Assembly: GCA_964504535.1 (NCBI GenBank)
Contig: CAZDED010000005.1
Location: 9,411-73,410 of the forward strand
Length of the DNA stretch: 64,000 nt
DNA from: an uncultured Gammaproteobacteria bacterium
GTDB lineage: Bacteria > Patescibacteriota > Microgenomatia > Levybacterales > GWA1-39-11
Reading direction: 5' to 3'
In this document: positions 29,346 to 39,049 of the stretch, piece after piece
Position numbering within the stretch: the first letter of the stretch is position 1
How the letters are laid out: each line of letters starts with the position of its first letter
The notes under the pieces: model-generated
Told to the model about the DNA's origin: nothing
Databases searched by the model: none
What the model saw: only the letters and a program-made list of their open reading frames with translations
Position numbers and translations under genes: made by a program

Positions 29346-29600
29346 CTAAAGCCGAGTGGCGAGGCACGTTGTCGTACGTTGAACGCCACCGATCGTCTGG
29401 ATGCTGCAGGTGACGATTTGGCCGACGCTGTCCAGGTCGTTGTGCGTGATCTTCACGATCACATCGTACGGACCGGTCACGGTGTTGATCTCGGAAAGCT
29501 GTCCGCTGTGGCCGTTTTGGGCAATCTCGGAAAGGCGCGTAGCAACGGCCTTTGACTTGCCGACTTCCGTCTCGATCAGAACGTAAGCGTTAACCGCCAT
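29346..29600 (-). CDS. Lrp/AsnC ligand-binding-domain-only protein (GC-rich cassette D)
   Basis: AYVLIETEVGK..VTGPYDVIV..IQTIGGVQRTTTC; AGGAGG SD. Confidence 0.9.
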   Translation of the reverse strand: MAVNAYVLIETEVGKSKAVATRLSEIAQNGHSGQLSEINTVTGPYDVIVKITHNDLDSVGQIVTCSIQTIGGVQRTTTCLATRL

Positions 29601-29604
29601 GACT

Positions 29605-29801
29605 CAAGCCTCCTGTCCCGCGAAGCGGGAACGACTATGCACGGAATTATTCCGTGCGGTCTTTGTGGATTGTGTTTTATGCACCTCCAGCTTGATCTGT
29701 TGTTAATGCGAACAAAGACGTAAACTCTCCCGCGCACTGCGCGGAAGGCCACATCTCAATTCACTGATGGTAATTATAGGTCTATAGTATATAAAATGCA
29801 A
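29605..29801 (-). promoter_or_regulatory. Cassette leader D: TTGCAT-17-TATAAT, CCGCGC hairpin, boxA-like TCGCATTAACAAC (29699-29711), hairpins, AGGAGG
   Basis: Read directly on the - strand. Confidence 0.7.
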
Positions 29802-29964
29802 TGATCTGTGATTAAAATTGCGTTCTTAAAAAAATAGAAAAAAAGAAACTATCCCTAAAATTAGGAAGGGATTTTTGAAAAAAACGCGAGTGTTCCTTCG
29901 GAACCAAAGGCTTCATCATCGGGGTGAGCAAAAACGGCACCAACGAACAGTTTCATGTTTTTAT

Positions 29965-30441
29965 TTATGCTTGGTCTTCAATTTTACAAAGTATCCTTTT
30001 GTATAAATTTCTGTATTTTCTTCCAATAAAACCTACCATAAGTTGTGCAATTTCTACCTCAGTGAACTGCCAGTATGTTACGTTTGTCGGATTTTCAGTA
30101 GTACCTAGTTGAAGGGCAGATCTAGTTTTGCGAACACGATCTGGATGAGTTAATTCAACCAGTTCTCCAATTTCTGAGAGTGTGAATTCTCCATTTTCGA
30201 TATCCTCTCTAAAAAAATCTCTTAATGGTTTTCCAAATTCCTCAGACTTATACATTAATATGAAATCTTCTTCAGCAAGGGGCCAATGTTCCTGTAATTC
30301 TTTGACAAAAAGATCATTTTCTTTACCATCGTTAATTAGAGGGAATGGAATGGGAGTTGACAAGAAAAAGGGTTTAGTGGTGGTATCTTTCGATGGAGCA
30401 TTTTCAATAAGATGAAATGAAGACGAAAATTCTGATTCCAT
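29965..30441 (-). CDS. Hypothetical protein
   Basis: 158-aa ORF directly downstream of rplA. Confidence 0.65.
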   Translation of the reverse strand: MESEFSSSFHLIENAPSKDTTTKPFFLSTPIPFPLINDGKENDLFVKELQEHWPLAEEDFILMYKSEEFGKPLRDFFREDIENGEFTLSEIGELVELTHPDRVRKTRSALQLGTTENPTNVTYWQFTEVEIAQLMVGFIGRKYRNLYKRILCKIEDQA

Positions 30442-30459
30442 AAAATAAATCGAGGTATA

Positions 30460-31353
30460 TTAGATAATATTGAGTCTGATTGCGGGACTCATTGTAGATT
30501 TAAGCGTAACTGAAGCGATATTGTTGATGCCAACACTTGAAATAAAAGTATGTACATTATCTTTTAATTTGCTATCTTCAAATGAAATTTTTCCGACACG
30601 TGCATGGATGATAGGTGCTTCTGACTCAGTTTTGTAGTTGATTTGTCCGCCTGAAAGTTTTTTTACAGCCTCTTCTGGTTTTTCAGCAATTGTTCCATTT
30701 TTTGGGTTTGGCATAAGACCTCGTGGTCCTAGAACTCTTGCAACTTTAGCAAGGCTTGGCATCATGCTAGGTGTTGCAACCAAAAGATCAAAATTTATTT
30801 TTCCTTTTGCAACTTCAGCGATGATTGCGTCATCAGCAATTTTTATAACTAATGTTTTTCCTGTTCCGTGGGGAAGAGTGACTTGACCGCTAACGCCTTT
30901 TTCTTTTGTATTGATATGAAGCTCAACGGTTTCGTCAAATTTTGTTGATTTAAATTTCTTAAGTGCAGCCAAAGCTTGATCAAGGTCGTATTTTTGAGAA
31001 GAGGAGACAACGGTCATATTCTCTTTATGTCTTTTTGATTCAACTTTTGCTCTTGCCTTTGCGAATTTCTCCTTTTTTGTTTTCTTTTTTTCTTCCTTTG
31101 GAACTTCAGTTTCTTCTTTTACTGTTTCAATGGTGATTTCTTCAGGAGCCGCAGAAACTGTTTCAACAACAATCTCTTCTGCCTCTTCTTTCATTGACCC
31201 ATCAGTTTGGGGATTCGTTTTTTTACCAGCGGCGATTTTCTGTTCATTTTTAGCCGCAATTTTTTCTGCCTTTTTGGCTTCTCTTTTGGCTTTTAATTTT
31301 GCTTCGTCCTCTGGGGACGACTCATCAAATGCTTTAATTCTTATTTTACCCAT
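30460..31353 (-). CDS. rplA: 50S ribosomal protein L1 with long charged N-terminal extension
   Basis: KFDETVELH, LPHGTGK, LGPRGLMPNPKNGT, STMSP. Confidence 0.96.
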   Translation of the reverse strand: MGKIRIKAFDESSPEDEAKLKAKREAKKAEKIAAKNEQKIAAGKKTNPQTDGSMKEEAEEIVVETVSAAPEEITIETVKEETEVPKEEKKKTKKEKFAKARAKVESKRHKENMTVVSSSQKYDLDQALAALKKFKSTKFDETVELHINTKEKGVSGQVTLPHGTGKTLVIKIADDAIIAEVAKGKINFDLLVATPSMMPSLAKVARVLGPRGLMPNPKNGTIAEKPEEAVKKLSGGQINYKTESEAPIIHARVGKISFEDSKLKDNVHTFISSVGINNIASVTLKSTMSPAIRLNII

Positions 31354-31359
31354 ATATTT

Positions 31360-31785
31360 TTACTCCTGTACTTTAATTCCCATTGATCGGGCGGTTCCCA
31401 TAACAACTCGGGATGCCATTTCAACATCTTTTGTATTTAAATCGTCCATTTTCTTCATAGCAACTGACTCAATTTGAGCGCGATTTAGAGTTGCTGCAAC
31501 TTCACGTCCTGGTTTCATTGATCCCTTTTGGATTTTTAGTTCCATCTTGATGAGCTCACTCATCGGTGGTTTTTTAACGATGAATGAAAATGTTCTGTCT
31601 TCATATACCGAGATTACAACTGGAAGTAGAACTCCCTTTTGATCAGAGGTCTTTGCATTAAATGCCTGAACGAATTCCATAATAGGAAGTCCGTGGGGGC
31701 CAAGTGCAGTTCCTACTGGTGGTGCAGGAGTTGCTTCGCCGCCCTTAATAGCGAGTTTTATGTACGTCTTAACCTTTTTTGCCAT
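31360..31785 (-). CDS. rplK: 50S ribosomal protein L11
   Basis: ATPAPPVGTALG, FNAKT, GTARSMG. Confidence 0.98.
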   Translation of the reverse strand: MAKKVKTYIKLAIKGGEATPAPPVGTALGPHGLPIMEFVQAFNAKTSDQKGVLLPVVISVYEDRTFSFIVKKPPMSELIKMELKIQKGSMKPGREVAATLNRAQIESVAMKKMDDLNTKDVEMASRVVMGTARSMGIKVQE

Positions 31786-31798
31786 ATAGTGTTTGAGA

Positions 31799-32674
31799 TT
31801 ATATCTTTGCTACTTGAAGGAAGTCAAGCTCAACTGGTGTTTCTCGTCCAAAAATTGAGACCAAAACCTTGATTTTTCCCTTAGCTTCATCAATTGATTC
31901 AACGGTTCCCAAAAAGTCAGAGAATGGACCGTCAGTAATTTTAACAGCTTCACCATTTGAAAATTGAGCCTTGTAGACTGGATCTTTTTGTCCGACGAAT
32001 GCAACAATTGCTTGGACTTCATCATCTCTAATTGGAGTTGGTTTGTTTTGAGCTCCTACAAATGAGGTAACGCCAGGGGTTGTGCGGACAAGTACCCAAG
32101 CCTCATCTGATAGATCCATATTAACTAAAATGTATCCTGGGAAAATCTTTTCTTTGATTGTTTCTTTTTTGCCTCCGCGGACTCGGATGGTGTCACGAGT
32201 TGGAACGAGTGCATCAAAAATTCTTTCCTCAAATCCCATTGCCTGAACTCTTTGCATCAATGTTTTGGCAACTTTGTTCTCATGTCCTGAATAAGTGTGA
32301 ACGATGTACCATTTTCCTCGATACGCTTTTGGAGCGGGCATAGAAGGTTGGATTTTTTCCACAACAGCAGGTTTTGCTTCCTCGGCCGAATCAGCTGCAG
32401 CTTCCTCAATCATATCTGTTGCTTCTTCAGAAGATGCTTCTTCGTTGGGAGTTGGATCCTCAACTTCAGTTTCTTCAACGGGTGAATTAGCAGAATCTTG
32501 GATAGCATCAGCGACTACTTCAGATGACGCCTCAGCAACTGTTGCCTCAACAGGTACCTGTTCTTCGGAAGGAATAGCTTCAGACATCATGTCATCAAGA
32601 CTTGGCTCACCGCTGTCTGCAGTCGTAGTTTCTTCAACAACATCTTCGTTTTTTAAATCATCAGTAATATCCAT
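31799..32674 (-). CDS. nusG: Transcription termination/antitermination factor NusG with ~115-aa acidic N-terminal extension
   Basis: WYIVHTYSGHE, FPGYILV, TPGVTSFVG, KOW GPFSDF, FGRETPVEL. Confidence 0.97.
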   Translation of the reverse strand: MDITDDLKNEDVVEETTTADSGEPSLDDMMSEAIPSEEQVPVEATVAEASSEVVADAIQDSANSPVEETEVEDPTPNEEASSEEATDMIEEAAADSAEEAKPAVVEKIQPSMPAPKAYRGKWYIVHTYSGHENKVAKTLMQRVQAMGFEERIFDALVPTRDTIRVRGGKKETIKEKIFPGYILVNMDLSDEAWVLVRTTPGVTSFVGAQNKPTPIRDDEVQAIVAFVGQKDPVYKAQFSNGEAVKITDGPFSDFLGTVESIDEAKGKIKVLVSIFGRETPVELDFLQVAKI

Positions 32675-32676
32675 AT

Positions 32677-32856
32677 TTAGCTAACTAAAAGTTTGAGCAT
32701 TTGCGTAAAGACCATGTCGAGTCCTCCTAGATAGAGTCCGACTCCGACAGATATTCCAAGTACTATGATTGTGAGTCTAATAGTGTCAGCTCTAGTAGGC
32801 CACGTTACCTTTGAAATTTCTGCCCTAACCTCATTTACAAATTTGAATATATTCAT
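32677..32856 (-). CDS. secE: Preprotein translocase subunit SecE
   Basis: EISKVTWPTR + TM; upstream of nusG; TATAAT 4 nt before ATG 32856. Confidence 0.95.
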   Translation of the reverse strand: MNIFKFVNEVRAEISKVTWPTRADTIRLTIIVLGISVGVGLYLGGLDMVFTQMLKLLVS

Positions 32857-33120
32857 TGGTATTATACTCACTACCCAAAAGAACCTAAAGCAAATGTCAA
32901 TTCTTAGATTCTCGGGATATAGCATATTATTATACAGAGTTGAGGCGGAATTGTAAAGAGACTGTTGAGTATAGTCTCTTTGCCCATTCTCAACCCAGTG
33001 GGTTTCGAAGGGTAAAGATGTCCCGGGCCTGAATTGATTCTAGACTTTTGTGAAATTATCTATTAATCTTGTACATATGGGCAAGATAAGCGAAGCTTGT
33101 TTCTGCCACTGTTGAACAAT

Positions 33121-34017
33121 ATGCCAAAAATTAAAAAAGCAGTTATCCCCGCAGCAGGTTTTGGAACCCGATTTCTCCCTCAAACGAAGGCAATGCCGAA
33201 AGAAATGCTTCCGATAGTTGATAAGCCAATCGTTCAATATATTGTAGAAGAACTGGTAGATGCAGGCATTGAGGACATCATCATCGTTACGGGGTCACAC
33301 AAAAGAACTATCGAGGATCATTTTGATAGGCCATCAATGGAATTGGTAGAAAACCTACGGATGGGTGGGGAGAAGAAGATGAAATTTTTGGAAGAGGCCG
33401 AGAGGATTGCTTCAATGGCAAACTTCATTTATGTCAGGCAAAAAGGGCCGTATGGCAATGGAACGCCACTTCTTAATGTAAAGTCTATCGTTGGTGATGA
33501 GCCCTTCATATATACCTGGAGTGACGATTTTATTAAAGCAGAACCAAGATCTCGCTTCCAACAATTAATAGACATATACGAAAAATATAATTGTTCTGTT
33601 CTGGCATCTGTCCGGGCAAAATCAGACGAGGATTATGACAGATATGGATTTGCCGGAGGAGAGGAAATAGAAGATGGAGTAATTGATACCAAGACAATCA
33701 TCGAAAAACCAGGAAAGATAAATGCTCCTTCAGACATGGCAAATGTGAGTGGATATTTACTCACTCCAGACATTTTCGGATATTTGGAAAAGGCAATGGA
33801 AAATTTACGTGAAGGGGATGAATTGTACTATAACGATGCCCTCAAGCTCATGTTGGGTGATGGCAAAAGAGTATTGGCCGCTGAAATTAAAGGTGGGAAA
33901 TACTATGATACGGGGAACAAGATAGAATATATGAAGACTATCGTCGAATTTGCTCTCCAAAACCAAAGCATCGGTGGAGAATTTAAAGACTTTCTTCGAA
34001 CCCTCGATTTGTCATAA
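33121..34017 (+). CDS. galU: UTP-glucose-1-phosphate uridylyltransferase
   Basis: KAVIPAAGFGTRFLPQTKAMPKEMLPIVDKP, IEKP, YDTG. Confidence 0.93.
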   Translation: MPKIKKAVIPAAGFGTRFLPQTKAMPKEMLPIVDKPIVQYIVEELVDAGIEDIIIVTGSHKRTIEDHFDRPSMELVENLRMGGEKKMKFLEEAERIASMANFIYVRQKGPYGNGTPLLNVKSIVGDEPFIYTWSDDFIKAEPRSRFQQLIDIYEKYNCSVLASVRAKSDEDYDRYGFAGGEEIEDGVIDTKTIIEKPGKINAPSDMANVSGYLLTPDIFGYLEKAMENLREGDELYYNDALKLMLGDGKRVLAAEIKGGKYYDTGNKIEYMKTIVEFALQNQSIGGEFKDFLRTLDLS

Positions 34018-34092
34018 GTCCATGTAAGACTTAAAAGGAGCCCCTCTTTATTTCTTCTTGAGTTCAAGTTCATCTTCGTTTAAACTTACAGT

Positions 34093-35823
34093 ATGCATAT
34101 TGTTCACTCTATCGCTTCTGAAATAGGGCAAATCGCGAAAAAATTCTCAGAAGAATTCCTAGAATTTGATGTTTCTGTAGGTTCAAATAGTAGCAAAGGA
34201 GACATTACAACAAATATCGCCCTCGTACATTTCAAGAAATTAGGATTTAACTCACCACATGAAGCAGCAGACGCAACTGTTGCCGAATATAAACTTCATG
34301 AAGAAGAATTGGGTGAACACTCAACATTTAAAAACATTGAGGTAGCAGGGCCAGGTTTTATCAATTTTTATTTCAATCAAACATTTCTTTCTTCTGTTTT
34401 AAAATCAGTCATTCAAGATGGTAATCAGTTTGGTAAGAATGAAAAACTAAATTCTCAAACAAATAAAACAATCGTTGAATTTGGGGATCCAAACCCTTTC
34501 AAAGAAATTCATATCGGGCATCTTCGGAATTTTTGTATTGGAGAGTCTTTTTGCCGGCTTTTAGAGTCTCAAGGTGACACAGTCATCCGTGCAAATTATC
34601 AGGGAGATGTCGGCCTTCATGTAGCAAAGGCAATGTGGGGGTTACTAAAAAGAGAGGAAGAATTCTTAGATTCTGGTAAATCTGAGGATGAAAAAGTAAA
34701 GATTTTAGCCGAGTCTTATGTGGAAGGTGCAACTGAGTTTGAAAATAATGAAACTGTTAAGCAAGAAATCATTGATATCAACAAGAAAATATATGGTGAC
34801 GATGAGAGTCTATATCAGTTGTGGGAGGAAGGTAGAAAAGTTAGCCTTGAACACTTTGAAGAACTCTATAAAAAGATCGGAGTACGTTATGACAAATACT
34901 TTTTTGAGTCCACGACTGCAAAAAAAGGAAAAGAAGTGGTTCTTTCTCATATAGATGATGGTGTTTTTGAAAAAGATGATGGGGCAGTCGTATACAGAGG
35001 AGAACAGGATGGGTTGCATACTCGTGTTTTTTTGACATCCCAAGAATACGCAACCTATGAAGGAAAGGACCTAGCGCTTGCCATCTTGAAAAATGAAGAC
35101 GATGAGTACGATATATCGGTAATTTTGACAGGAAATGAGCAACAAGAATACTTTCAGGTAATGCTTGCGGCTCTTAAAAGAATTGAGCCAAGCCTTGCAT
35201 CAAGAACAAGTCATTTTACTTTTGGACACGTAAAGCTTAAAGAAGGAAAGATGTCTTCACGTACTGGAGACGTAATATCTGCAAATTGGTTGATTGACGA
35301 GGCGATAAAAAGGGTTCGTACGCAATTTTCGGATATGGACGAAGGAACCTCTGAAAAAGTAGGAATAGGAGCTGTGAAATATTCTATGCTTAAATTTGCA
35401 ATTCCATCTGAGATCCATTTTTCTTTTGAAGAATCAATTTCGTTGGAAGGAAACAGTGGGCCATATTTGCAGTATGCGTATGTCAGGACGCAAAGTGTTT
35501 TGCAAAAAGCAGGAAGTCAGAGTACAGAAAACAGGGGACAGGGGACAGTTAAGGCTGGAAGTTTGGAAAATGAGGAATCTGACCTATTACGTTTTCTTAC
35601 ACAATATCCGTACCATGTAGAAAATGCCTCAGTCGAATTCGCTCCAAATTTACTGTGTAACTATCTATTTGAATTAGCACAAAAATTCAACCTCTTTTAT
35701 CAGAAATGCAAAATCATAGATTCAGAAAATGAGTCATTTCGGTTGGAACTTACAAAGGCCGTGGGGATAGTTCTTCAGAATGGCCTGCAACTTCTTGGCA
35801 TCGAAACAGTTGAAAAAATGTAA
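34093..35823 (+). CDS. argS: Arginine-tRNA ligase
   Basis: AGPGFIN, PNPFKEIHIGHLRN, KMSSRTG, GPYLQYAYVR. Confidence 0.98.
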   Translation: MHIVHSIASEIGQIAKKFSEEFLEFDVSVGSNSSKGDITTNIALVHFKKLGFNSPHEAADATVAEYKLHEEELGEHSTFKNIEVAGPGFINFYFNQTFLSSVLKSVIQDGNQFGKNEKLNSQTNKTIVEFGDPNPFKEIHIGHLRNFCIGESFCRLLESQGDTVIRANYQGDVGLHVAKAMWGLLKREEEFLDSGKSEDEKVKILAESYVEGATEFENNETVKQEIIDINKKIYGDDESLYQLWEEGRKVSLEHFEELYKKIGVRYDKYFFESTTAKKGKEVVLSHIDDGVFEKDDGAVVYRGEQDGLHTRVFLTSQEYATYEGKDLALAILKNEDDEYDISVILTGNEQQEYFQVMLAALKRIEPSLASRTSHFTFGHVKLKEGKMSSRTGDVISANWLIDEAIKRVRTQFSDMDEGTSEKVGIGAVKYSMLKFAIPSEIHFSFEESISLEGNSGPYLQYAYVRTQSVLQKAGSQSTENRGQGTVKAGSLENEESDLLRFLTQYPYHVENASVEFAPNLLCNYLFELAQKFNLFYQKCKIIDSENESFRLELTKAVGIVLQNGLQLLGIETVEKM

Positions 35824-35831
35824 AGGGTGGT

Positions 35832-35909
35832 GCCGGAAAGCAGGACTATCACCCCATGATGCCCTAGGGCATCAAGTGAGTCCCACGATGGGGACATCAA
35901 CTTTCCGGC
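35832..35909. terminator. Branched GC-rich stem between argS and cassette E
   Basis: GCCGGAAAG...CTTTCCGGC enclosing GATGCCC-TA-GGGCATC and CCCCAT/ATGGGG. Confidence 0.55.
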
Positions 35910-35937
35910 GTTTAAAACACACTGCGTTATTGGGATC

Positions 35938-36259
35938 TTAGCGCCTCTGCGCCGTGGCTGTCGTCTTCAGCGGCTGATCGGGAACCCCGTCACCGTTGTA
36001 AGGCCTGAAGCCATTCGACCGCTGCTGCTTGCGATCGGCAGCTGCCTGTTCGCGGCTTGTTTCCGTTTCTTCTCCCGGTCCGAGTGATTCACGAAGAGAC
36101 CCTCATCGACCGACCGTTCTGGGCCCTCCGATGAGAGACGGTGGCGGTGGGAACGTATGTGCTAACGTTCCCATGCATCCGGTCTTGTAGGACCTTCCGC
36201 TTGTTGCGCCATGCCTTGAAGGAGTTGCTACTCCTCCACGTATCTTTCGCTTTGCTCAA
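35938..36259 (-). pseudogene. GC-rich cassette E cargo: SD-led basic ORF (56 aa to TGA at 36089; ~105 aa if two frameshifts are repaired) or a structured RNA
   Basis: AGGAGAGG..TTG MSKAKDTWRSSNSFKAWRNKRKVLQDRMHG; other frames continue to TAA 35938. Confidence 0.45.
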
Positions 36260-36264
36260 GTACC

Positions 36265-36402
36265 TTTACCTCTCCTGGAGTGGATTGATCCCGTTTTACG
36301 CAGTGTAGTTTTTCAATGATCTTAAAAGCAGAACCGCTCTTACGCTAAGTGCACTAGCACTAGCATAAGTTAAGAATCCGCTCTCGTGATGCAGATATTA
36401 TA
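36265..36402 (-). promoter_or_regulatory. Cassette leader E: TATAAT, hairpin, boxA-like GATCATTGAAAAA (36309-36321), SD
   Basis: Read directly on the - strand; -35 is poor. Confidence 0.6.
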
Positions 36403-36469
36403 CACCTGCATAGTATAAATACTAGATTTCTTGCAACGGCACTTTAGGTGTGAGAGAATTGTTCTCACA

Positions 36470-37741
36470 ATGCACTACCACAGAAATATTCTTTCCAATG
36501 GCACCAGAGTAATTGTTGTTCCGGTTCTTGGAGTTGAAAGTGCTACAACTCTTGTCATGTACGGAACAGGGAGTAGGTATGAGGAGAAGAAGCATAACGG
36601 TATTTCCCACTTTTTGGAGCACATGGCTTTTAAAGGCACGACCAACAGACCATCAGCTCGCGAAATTTCAGCTCTTATTGATGGAATAGGGGGGGATTTT
36701 AATGCTTTTACCAGCAAAGAATACACCGGATACTACATAAAATCGGCGACAAGTCATGTCCATTTGTGCCTCGATGTACTTTCTGACATGTTAAAGAATC
36801 TTCTTATGGATCCAGAGGAAATTGAGCGCGAAAAGGGGGCAATTGCTGGTGAGATAGGCATGAATGAGGACAATCCGATGAGAAATATAGGAGATATTTA
36901 CGAAGGTCTTTTGTATGGAGACACCCCTCTTGGATGGGATACTGCTGGCACTCCTGAGATCATAAAATCACTGTCCCGCCAGGACTTTCTAGAATACATG
37001 GGAGATCACTATAGCGCTCACAATATGACTGTTGTGGTTGCGGGGAACGTTCATGTCGAGTCTACTCTAAAAGAAATTGAAAAATATTTCGGAGATGTTA
37101 AGAGATTTGATGTCAAGTCGTATCTACCTGTTCACGACAAGCAAACAAAACATCAAGTTTTTATAAAGCAGAAAAAAACAGAACAAGCGCATTTTGCGTT
37201 GGGTGTCAGAACGGTAGGACTTTCTGACAAAAAAGACAGATATCCACTGAGTGTTTTGGCTTCAATTTTAGGTGGAGGAATGTCCTCACGACTTTTTTAC
37301 GAAATCCGAGAAAGACGAGGATTGTCTTATTATGCCCACACGAGTTCAGAGCATTATCTTGACGCAGGATATTTGGCAACATGGATAGGAGCTGATCCTA
37401 AAAGGGTTGAGGAAGCAGTCAAAGTTACTGTCGAGGAGTACGCGAAAATTACTGTTAAAGGTGAAATTACTGAAGAAGAGCTGACAAAAGCAAAAGAATT
37501 TATGAAGGGGCACTTTGTATTGGGGCTTGAGGATACCAGATCTATTGCTGTCATGTATGCATCTCAGGAAATACTTGAGCATTGCTTAACTGATCCAAAA
37601 GATATCATGGAAAAGGTTGATGCAGTAACTTTGGATGATATCCATAGAGTAGCGAAGGAATACTTAGATACGAGGGCAATGAGCCTTGGTATGATCGGTA
37701 ATTTTGAAGAACCTGAAAAATTTGAAAGACTTCTGAAATAA
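36470..37741 (+). CDS. M16 family zinc peptidase
   Basis: GISHFLEHMAFKGT, NAFTSKE, GGGMSSRLF..IRERRGL. Confidence 0.95.
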   Translation: MHYHRNILSNGTRVIVVPVLGVESATTLVMYGTGSRYEEKKHNGISHFLEHMAFKGTTNRPSAREISALIDGIGGDFNAFTSKEYTGYYIKSATSHVHLCLDVLSDMLKNLLMDPEEIEREKGAIAGEIGMNEDNPMRNIGDIYEGLLYGDTPLGWDTAGTPEIIKSLSRQDFLEYMGDHYSAHNMTVVVAGNVHVESTLKEIEKYFGDVKRFDVKSYLPVHDKQTKHQVFIKQKKTEQAHFALGVRTVGLSDKKDRYPLSVLASILGGGMSSRLFYEIRERRGLSYYAHTSSEHYLDAGYLATWIGADPKRVEEAVKVTVEEYAKITVKGEITEEELTKAKEFMKGHFVLGLEDTRSIAVMYASQEILEHCLTDPKDIMEKVDAVTLDDIHRVAKEYLDTRAMSLGMIGNFEEPEKFERLLK

Positions 37742-37744
37742 ATT

Positions 37745-38470
37745 CTATTCCTCATTAGTCTCTAATATCTCTCTGGGTTGCATCATTGCAAGAATTTTTA
37801 CATAATCATCATTTTTAGCTCTTCTTATTTTAAATTCTAAATTGTGTGGGATGGGTCCGTAGGCTACAGTAGCAAATCTCTCATCAACCGGACCAAAAAA
37901 TCCGCTTAAGAATTTTTTACCATCTTTTGTCGGGATAATAATCCGACCACCATTAGCATACAATCTTTCTGCTTTTCTAAGTATCCGTGCACCTTCTGGG
38001 ATTTTATCAGTGAAGCTTTCATAAAGAATATCCATAGCATGACCTGTCAAAAAAGAGAGAGGAACTGCATATATAAGACCCAGATGGTTCAAATATTGAG
38101 CAAGAGTTACAAGCTTGTTACCGGAGGAACTTTTCATCAAGCTTATCAATTGCGTATGTTCGGACGGTGAAATTTCATGTAAGTCGTTATAGTCAAGAGG
38201 GTCAACTCTTTCACGTTCGATAAGACTTTTTATTGTATTAAAATGTTGATCGGAAGTTGCATCTAACGCATGGTCAAGAGCCAGTTGTGCAGCTTCATCA
38301 TATAGGTGGTACGAAAAATCCTGGGAGTACGGCTTGCTTTCTCCTTTTTGAACTTTCACGTCTTCGTACAAAATCGAATCAACAAATTTTATTGCCCAAA
38401 ATCCGGGATTAGGTTCTGTATACTTATTTTTTAAAAATTCAAAGAGTTGTGGGTTGGGTATTTCAGACAT
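37745..38470 (-). CDS. Hypothetical protein (leaderless)
   Basis: TATAAT 7 nt before ATG 38470. Confidence 0.7.
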   Translation of the reverse strand: MSEIPNPQLFEFLKNKYTEPNPGFWAIKFVDSILYEDVKVQKGESKPYSQDFSYHLYDEAAQLALDHALDATSDQHFNTIKSLIERERVDPLDYNDLHEISPSEHTQLISLMKSSSGNKLVTLAQYLNHLGLIYAVPLSFLTGHAMDILYESFTDKIPEGARILRKAERLYANGGRIIIPTKDGKKFLSGFFGPVDERFATVAYGPIPHNLEFKIRRAKNDDYVKILAMMQPREILETNEE

Positions 38471-38545
38471 AGGGTGGATTATACTCCTCATAGCACCAAT
38501 TTTTGTACTTGATTTTTAATTTGCATCTCCGTACAATAGCAGGAG

Positions 38546-39007
38546 ATGGAGAAAACTGTAGTTTTGGTCAAACCTGATGGAGTCCAGCGCGGATTAATAG
38601 GTGAAATAATATCTAGATTTGAAAAAAAAGGTCTCAAGCTTTCGGCTCTCAAAATGATGAACATGACAGATGAGATCATTGATGAATGGTATGCACATCA
38701 CAAAGAGAGATCATTTTTTCCTGCTCTAAAGAGTTTTATGATTTCATATCCGATTGTTGCGATGGTGTGGGAGGGAGTTGAAGCGGCATCGGTTATTAGA
38801 AAAATGATAGGTATTACTCAAGCACGCCAAGCAGAGCCAGGAACAATAAGAGGAGACTTTGCTATCAGTACCCAGATGAATTTGATTCATGCTTCTGAAT
38901 CAAATGAAGCAGCTGTCAAAGAGTTGGGTATATTATTCTCAGATTCTGATCTTTTCTCTTGGGAGAGGACAGATTCTCCTCATCTTTACGGAGCAGACGA
39001 GCGGTAG
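38546..39007 (+). CDS. ndk: Nucleoside diphosphate kinase
   Basis: KPDGVQRGLIGEII, PGTIRGDF, NLIHAS. Confidence 0.97.
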   Translation: MEKTVVLVKPDGVQRGLIGEIISRFEKKGLKLSALKMMNMTDEIIDEWYAHHKERSFFPALKSFMISYPIVAMVWEGVEAASVIRKMIGITQARQAEPGTIRGDFAISTQMNLIHASESNEAAVKELGILFSDSDLFSWERTDSPHLYGADER

Positions 39008-39049
39008 GTATTTTTTATTACTTTTTCCTCGTAGAAGTTCAGAGAGCCT

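Noticed and set aside
29885-29950. Two small hairpins (gttcc-ttc-ggaac; gcttcatc/gggtgagc) as a riboswitch
   Set aside because: No recognisable riboswitch consensus and no downstream gene on the + strand.
35832-36310. RNase P RNA, tmRNA or SRP RNA
   Set aside because: No GAGGAAAGTCC core, no tRNA-like GGGG..CCA ends or tag ORF, and no SRP domain IV motif found on either strand.
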